From: an uncultured bacterium
GTDB lineage: Bacteria; Gemmatimonadota; Gemmatimonadetes; Gemmatimonadales; Gemmatimonadaceae
DNA: 50,339 nucleotides
Direction: 5' to 3'
Assembly (NCBI GenBank): GCA_963978095.1
Contig: CAXBQP010000019.1
Span: 1-50,339, forward strand
This document shows, piece after piece, positions 44,790 to 50,339 of the stretch (its first letter is position 1; each line of letters opens with the position of its first letter). The notes beneath the pieces were generated by a model that was not told the DNA's origin, made no database searches, and was given only the letters and a program-made list of their open reading frames with translations. The position numbers and the translations under genes are program-made.

Positions 44790-46048
44790 GAGGGCGCGGA
44801 GCTGTGCGTGGGGGCGACCCGCGGACCCAGGAGTGCCGCCACCACCATGTCCGCAGTGACATTGGTCGTGGTGCGGAACATGTCGGGGATCGTGTCCACG
44901 CCCAGCAATATCCCCATCCCTGCCGGCGGGAGACCGGCCGACATGAGGACCGGCACCATCATCAGGATCGATCCCCCGGGGATCCCCGGGACGGACAACG
45001 TGGTCACCACGCTGGTGATGGCGATCGTCGCGAGTTGGACCGGACCGAGCGCCACATCGTACAAACGCGCGACGAAGATCGCGCCGATGGTTTGACCGAT
45101 CGCCGCGCCGCAGCGGAAGAGGGCCACCGACAGCGGCAGCAGAAAGCTGGTGACCCGCTCATCGAGATGCAGGCGATGGCGTGCGCTGTCGAGCATCGCC
45201 GGCAGGGCCGCCAGCGATGAGCGCGACGAAAACGCGACTGCCTGTCCCGGCAACGCTCCGCGCGCGAACGCCCGCAACGACACGCCACCGAAGAGCACTA
45301 CGATCGGATACAGCACGAGCACGCAAAACAGGACCGACGCTCCGCTCACCAACGCGACGTACGTCAACAACGCACCGATCGCCGCGAGGCCGAGCTTGGC
45401 GCCCAGTGCGATCGCCAACGCCAGCACGCCCAAGGGCGCGGCGGCGAGCACCCAGCGCACCAGCATCAGCGACGTGCGCTCCACCCCACGAAGCGCTCCA
45501 AGGAGCGCTGCGCGCGGTCCGGGTTGCACTCGTGCCAGCGCTCCCCCGAACGCCAACGCGAAGACGATCAACGGCAACATCGCGCCGTCGGCGGCTGCCT
45601 TGACGGGATTGGTCGGCACGAGGTCGACCACGAACTGGGCCACGGTGGGAATCGCCTTCGCGCTCTCCAGGATCGCGCTACCGCTGGCCGCGGCGTGGTC
45701 GCGCAGCGCCGCGGCCGCCGCGGGGTCGATCGCCAGCATTGCAACCACCGGTGGTCCGGCCAGCACCCCGAGGATCGCCGCGACGGAGAGTAGGACGAGA
45801 AAGAGGACCATCGCCCGCATGCCGATCCGCCCCACCGCGCGGACATCATCCGCGCCCCCGACCGCGAGAATCAGGGTCGAGAGCACCAACGGGACGATCG
45901 TCATGCGGATCGCCGACACCCACAGGGCGCCGATCGGGTCCGCGATGCCCGCCATCACCTCGAGGCCTGGGATCGCGTGCGTCGCGATCCCGAGCCCGAT
46001 GGCCAAACCGATCACCAGTGCGACAAGTACCCGAATCGCAAGAGACAT
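44786..46048 (-). CDS. Dicarboxylate/amino acid:cation symporter (DAACS)
   Basis: IRMTIVPLV, AFSSRSSLAALP, DMFRTTTNVTAD. Confidence 0.92.
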   Translation of the reverse strand: MSLAIRVLVALVIGLAIGLGIATHAIPGLEVMAGIADPIGALWVSAIRMTIVPLVLSTLILAVGGADDVRAVGRIGMRAMVLFLVLLSVAAILGVLAGPPVVAMLAIDPAAAAALRDHAAASGSAILESAKAIPTVAQFVVDLVPTNPVKAAADGAMLPLIVFALAFGGALARVQPGPRAALLGALRGVERTSLMLVRWVLAAAPLGVLALAIALGAKLGLAAIGALLTYVALVSGASVLFCVLVLYPIVVLFGGVSLRAFARGALPGQAVAFSSRSSLAALPAMLDSARHRLHLDERVTSFLLPLSVALFRCGAAIGQTIGAIFVARLYDVALGPVQLATIAITSVVTTLSVPGIPGGSILMMVPVLMSAGLPPAGMGILLGVDTIPDMFRTTTNVTADMVVAALLGPRVAPTHSSAPS

Positions 46049-46112
46049 AGCCCCCAAGCTACGGCACGCGCCATATTTCAGACACTCCCCGAACCCCCTT
46101 CTTGCGAGCACC

Positions 46113-46475
46113 ATGACGCACAAGACCGGCTCCGACCTCATCAACGACGCCAAGACCCGCATCCGTGAAGTCAGCGCGAAGGACGTGCAGGGGATGCTCG
46201 CCGCGCAGGCCAACGCGATCTACCTCGACGTGCGTGAGCCCGCCGAATGGAATCTCGGGCGGCTCCCCGGGGCCCTGCACATCCCCCGCGGCACGCTGGA
46301 GACCAAAGTCGAAGGGATGATCCCCCGTGACGCCACCGTCGTGATCTACTGCGCCGGCGGGAATCGCTCCGCGCTCGCCGCGGACACGATGCAGCAGATG
46401 GGCTACACGGATGTGTGCTCCATGGCCGGCGGGTGGCGCGACTGGATGATGGCGGGAGGCGCGGTCGAGGGATGA
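46113..46475 (+). CDS. Single-domain rhodanese
   Basis: LDVREPAEW, IYCAGGNRS, MAGGWRDW. Confidence 0.92.
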   Translation: MTHKTGSDLINDAKTRIREVSAKDVQGMLAAQANAIYLDVREPAEWNLGRLPGALHIPRGTLETKVEGMIPRDATVVIYCAGGNRSALAADTMQQMGYTDVCSMAGGWRDWMMAGGAVEG

Positions 46476-47074
46476 CCACCGACGGCGCGTCCGCCGCCGA
46501 GCGACTGGCGCGCATCGTGAGTGCGGTACGCCGCCACGAGCCCAAGCGCGAAGTGCGCGAGCCCCCCTTCTGGGAAGCGGCGGTCGCCTTGATCCTGCGT
46601 CTGACGCGGGAGGACCGGATCGAAGTCCTCTTCATCAAGCGCGCGACCCGCGACGGCGACCCGTGGAGCGGCCAGATCGCACTCCCGGGGGGGCGATACG
46701 ATCCCGGTGACGCATCCCTCGAACACACGGCGATCCGCGAAACTTTCGAGGAGGTCCAGCTCGACCTGCGGATCCACGGCACGATGCTCGGGTCGCTCGA
46801 TGAACTCCGCCCGCGTACGCCGATCCTGCCCCCCGTGATCGTGCGTCCGTTCGTCGCGATCGTCGGTGCCGACGCCCCGGTCGGCGGCAGCGACGAGGTC
46901 GCTGCCACCTTCTGGGTCCCGCTCGACCTCCTCTTCGACCCGGCCTCCGCACGCGACACGGACATCGTCGTCCGCGGACACGCCATGCGGCGCCCCGCCA
47001 TCCATTTCGGTGAGCACGCGATCTGGGGCCTGACCGAGTACATCCTCCGTTCCTTCGAACCCATCGCCGCGTGA
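46472..47074 (+). CDS. Nudix hydrolase, CoA pyrophosphatase subfamily
   Basis: WSGQIALPGG...TAIRETFEEV; IWGLT. Confidence 0.9.
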   Translation: MTTDGASAAERLARIVSAVRRHEPKREVREPPFWEAAVALILRLTREDRIEVLFIKRATRDGDPWSGQIALPGGRYDPGDASLEHTAIRETFEEVQLDLRIHGTMLGSLDELRPRTPILPPVIVRPFVAIVGADAPVGGSDEVAATFWVPLDLLFDPASARDTDIVVRGHAMRRPAIHFGEHAIWGLTEYILRSFEPIAA

Positions 47075-47703
47075 GCTTCTCCGCAGACTACGCCCGGCGC
47101 TCCCTCGGCGTACGTGCCGCGGCAGCACTCGCCATCACGCTCGCCTTCCTGCTGATTCCCGCGCTCGCGGACCAGTGGGTGTTCGCGCACTGGTCGCATC
47201 CGAACGTCTACGGCACCGAGTGGGGGCGCCTCCTGCGGATCATGGGATGGTGGCCCACCTGGGTGATCGCTGCCATCGCGCTGTATCTGCAACAGCGCGG
47301 GAGCGACGCATCCCGGGCGTCACGACACGCCTGGTTGCTGGTCGGGTCGCCCGCACTCGCCGGTGTCATCTGTGAAGGGCTCAAACTCATGATCCGGCGC
47401 GAGCGCCCGGGGCCATGGAACGGCGAATCGGTGTTCCGCGCCTTCTCCGACCACCCATGGAGCACCGCGGGACTTGCCACTCCCAGCTCCCACACGATGG
47501 TCGCGTTCGGCGCGCTCGCGATGATGGCGCGGATCTTTCCGCGCGCCGCGGGGATCTGGTACGCGCTGGCGTGGGGATGCGGCCTCACGCGCATCCTCGA
47601 CCACGCACACTTCGTCAGTGACGTAACCTTCGCCGCCGTGCTCGGCTGGGCCGTGGCGTGGGGCCTGTGGATGCATGTCGTCCCGAAACGCGAAGCGGCG
47701 TAG
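47071..47703 (+). CDS. PAP2-family membrane phosphatase
   Basis: KLMIRRERP, PSSH, TRILDHAHFVSD. Confidence 0.9.
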   Translation: MSFSADYARRSLGVRAAAALAITLAFLLIPALADQWVFAHWSHPNVYGTEWGRLLRIMGWWPTWVIAAIALYLQQRGSDASRASRHAWLLVGSPALAGVICEGLKLMIRRERPGPWNGESVFRAFSDHPWSTAGLATPSSHTMVAFGALAMMARIFPRAAGIWYALAWGCGLTRILDHAHFVSDVTFAAVLGWAVAWGLWMHVVPKREAA

Positions 47704-47763
47704 CGCGGGCACGAAGGCCGACGCTCCGCCGCTCGCATTCGCGGCCGCGACCTGGGGTACGAC

Positions 47764-50260
47764 CTAGGGCACGACCTTCGGTGGCGTCGGTGCCGTCTTC
47801 GGATCGACCAGCGGACGACGATCCTTCAGATGCTCTTCCATCTTCAGGCGCGGGACGCCGTCCTTGAGCCACTCCGGCGCCGGCTGATCCCGCAGGAAGG
47901 TATCGAACCACTCCGTCATCCGCAGGTTGTAGTCCTTCATGTTGGCCGGACGGGCAAGGCCGTGGTTCTCGCCCACGTACTCCAGCAGGACGACGTCCTT
48001 TCCGAGCTGGCGCAGATGGTTGTAATACGTGATCCCCTGGTTGAAATCGACCGCGCCGTCACGGTCGTTGTGCAACATCATGAACGGGATGCTCAGGTTC
48101 TGCGCGAAGTTCTGCGGTGAGTTGCGGATGTAGGCCTCCGGGACGTCGTTCGGTCCGCCGGTGAAGCGTCCCTGGCTGGAAATGAAGATCGAGGCGTCGG
48201 TGCTCCCCGAGTTCCAGTACATCGAGCCGAACATCGAGACCATGTCCGTCAGCGGCGCACCGGCCACGGCCGTCTTGAAGAGCTTCGTCTGCGTCGTGAT
48301 GAAGGTGGTCTGGTAGCCACCCCAGCTGTGTCCCTGCAGGCCAACGCGCGCCGAATCGACGATGCCGCTCGCGATCGCCGCCTTCACCGCGGGGACCACA
48401 CACCACACCGCCGACCGCCCCGGCTCGTTCACCTTGTAGACGATGTCCGGCTTGAGGAAGGCATAGCCGCGCGAGGTGTACACGCTCGGGTTCGAGTAGC
48501 GCGTCGCGTTCGGCTCCGTGTAGACGTTGTACTCCTGCGAGAGCTTCTCGTAGATGTACGTGAGCATCGGGTACTTCTTCCCCTTCTCGTAGCCGGCAGG
48601 GAGATAGAGGACCGCCTGGTGCTTCCCGAGGCCGTTGTCGCAGCTGTACTCGATGAGGCGGGCGCCCGGCGTCCAGGCGACCTCCTTCTGCTGCGGGTTG
48701 GCATCGGTGAGGCGACGCTCATTGGTGATCCCCGCGTCGGCCGCGTACCAGTCCGGATACTTCACCACCGTTTGACGGCTGAAGACCCAGGTGTCCGCGT
48801 CGCGCGCCTTCCGGTAGCTGACCTTGGCGTCCTCGAAGGTGATCGCCTTGGCGCCGCCCTTGATCGGATCCACCTGCGCGAGCCCTTCCTTCTTGGTCCA
48901 CTCTCCGTACGTCTGGAAATAGAGCGGCTTCGACGCATCGATCGTTCCGCGGTCGCGCGGATCGAAGAGCAAGCGTGCCTGATACTTGATCTGATCCTTG
49001 GCGCCGTTCCCGGTGATGTTCACCGCGCTCCCGCCGTTGGTGGGGATGCGCCACACATCCCAGTTGTCGCGGATGTAGACGTTGTTGCCATCCTTGGTCC
49101 AGCCCACCAGTGCGCCATTGATGGCCGGCTTCACTTGGTTGTGATCGTCTTCGGTATTCCAGAACTTCGTCGGGATGCCCGTCGAGATCGTCTTGGTCGA
49201 GCCGGCCGCGAAGTCGAACACCTTCCAATCGCCGCTGTCGTAGTAGGCATACTTGGAGTTGTCAGGCGCGAATGCCGGCGAGGCACCACCCCCTCGACCG
49301 CCGCCACCGCCGTTGCCCGGCACCTTCTTCTGCATGAGCTTCCGTTCACCGGTGGCGACATTGACCGCGTAGACATCGCGGAACACGAACCCCTTGATCC
49401 CCGCGTCGCGCTCGTAGTCCGCGATGTCCGTGCCGACGGCCCACGTATCCTTCGGTCCGATCGAGACGTCGCGCATGCGCGCGTCGGTCAGCTGCACGAC
49501 TTTCCCCTGTGCCACATGGTACACGGCCTGGTAGCTGAAGGCCTTGTCCTGTGCTTCCTGCACTTGCTGCTGCGCCTGTGGCCGCGGGTCCTTCCAATGC
49601 CAGAGAATCAAGCTCGGCACCTCGGCATCCGTCTGCGGAGCGGCGGCCACCTGACCACCCGCACCAGCCCCGGGCGCCGTACCACCTGGACTCGGTGGCG
49701 TGAAGCCGCCGCCCGTGCCGCGCGCGCGGGGCGGGCGCGGTTCGCGCAGTCCGAAGTAAATCACCTTCTGACCATCGCCCCATTCGAGGGCGCGGTCGCT
49801 GCTCACCACGAGCCCGCCAGTCACCCCGGCACTCTTGGCGGTGATCTGCATCATCTTGCTCCCGGCGGCGGCATGGCTCCACGCCACGACGGTCGCGTCT
49901 TCGTCACCACCGGCGGTGTCGCTCACCACGCGCAACGCGGCGACCGCGTCGGTGGAATCGCCCCACACGATCCGGCGGTACGACGCCTTCGACACCTCGA
50001 GCGACTTGGTGACCCCGGTCGAGAGCTGCCGCAGCTGCAGCGAGTTGCCGACCTGATCCGCGGTCGAGATGGCGAGCGCGATCCAATCACCGCTGTCGTC
50101 GAAGGCAAACTCGGACACGTCGGTGACGACCGCCTGCGTGCCACCGGCGAGGTTCACGAGTTCCAGCGTCGCACCACCGCCGGCTGGTGCTGCGGCGCCC
50201 GCCGCCGCACCACCGGCGCCTCCCGCGGCGCGCGGCGCGTTGTGGTGCACCGCGATGATA
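47764..50260 (-). CDS. Large S9-family peptidase, N-terminus missing (joined to AT-rich sequence)
   Basis: GHSWGGY, DGAVD, ENHGL triad; propeller region; no signal peptide at the apparent start. Confidence 0.88.
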
Positions 50261-50339
50261 TCCAAACCCTTGCTAAAAAATTCTAGCATCATTCATCTCC
50301 ATATTGTTGCTATGCAATATACTTAGCATGCATAGCTAG

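Overview
High-GC, gene-dense bacterial sequence of about 45 CDS. The gene content (futalosine-pathway mqnB/mqnD, several exported S9 peptidases, a VPS10/BNR propeller, an amidohydrolase, NHL and PQQ propellers) resembles Gemmatimonadota, but this taxonomic call is an inference. Both window ends look like assembly chimeras. At 1-456 an RRM N-terminus runs in frame into the middle of a NarK transporter. After about 50260 an AT-rich foreign gene start is joined to an S9 peptidase. The main accessory features are: (1) a toxin-antitoxin hotspot at 1.5-6.6 kb, containing a HigBA-like pair between two copies of a duplicated segment, a translationally coupled chain of two antitoxins whose toxins are replaced by short stub ORFs, and a wHTH + AbiEii-like nucleotidyltransferase pair with two long palindromic operators around a sigma70 promoter; (2) a HipBA-like module with five operator boxes at 28-29.8 kb; (3) a large adenine methyltransferase + SNF2-like helicase pair with no recognisable nuclease at 37.5-42.9 kb; (4) a HupE/UreJ-cytochrome c fusion upstream of a PQQ dehydrogenase and divergent from an NHL protein-XdhC-PCD operon. 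I saw no rRNA, tRNA, CRISPR array, integrase or transposase. All calls come from motif recognition by eye; no database searches were run.
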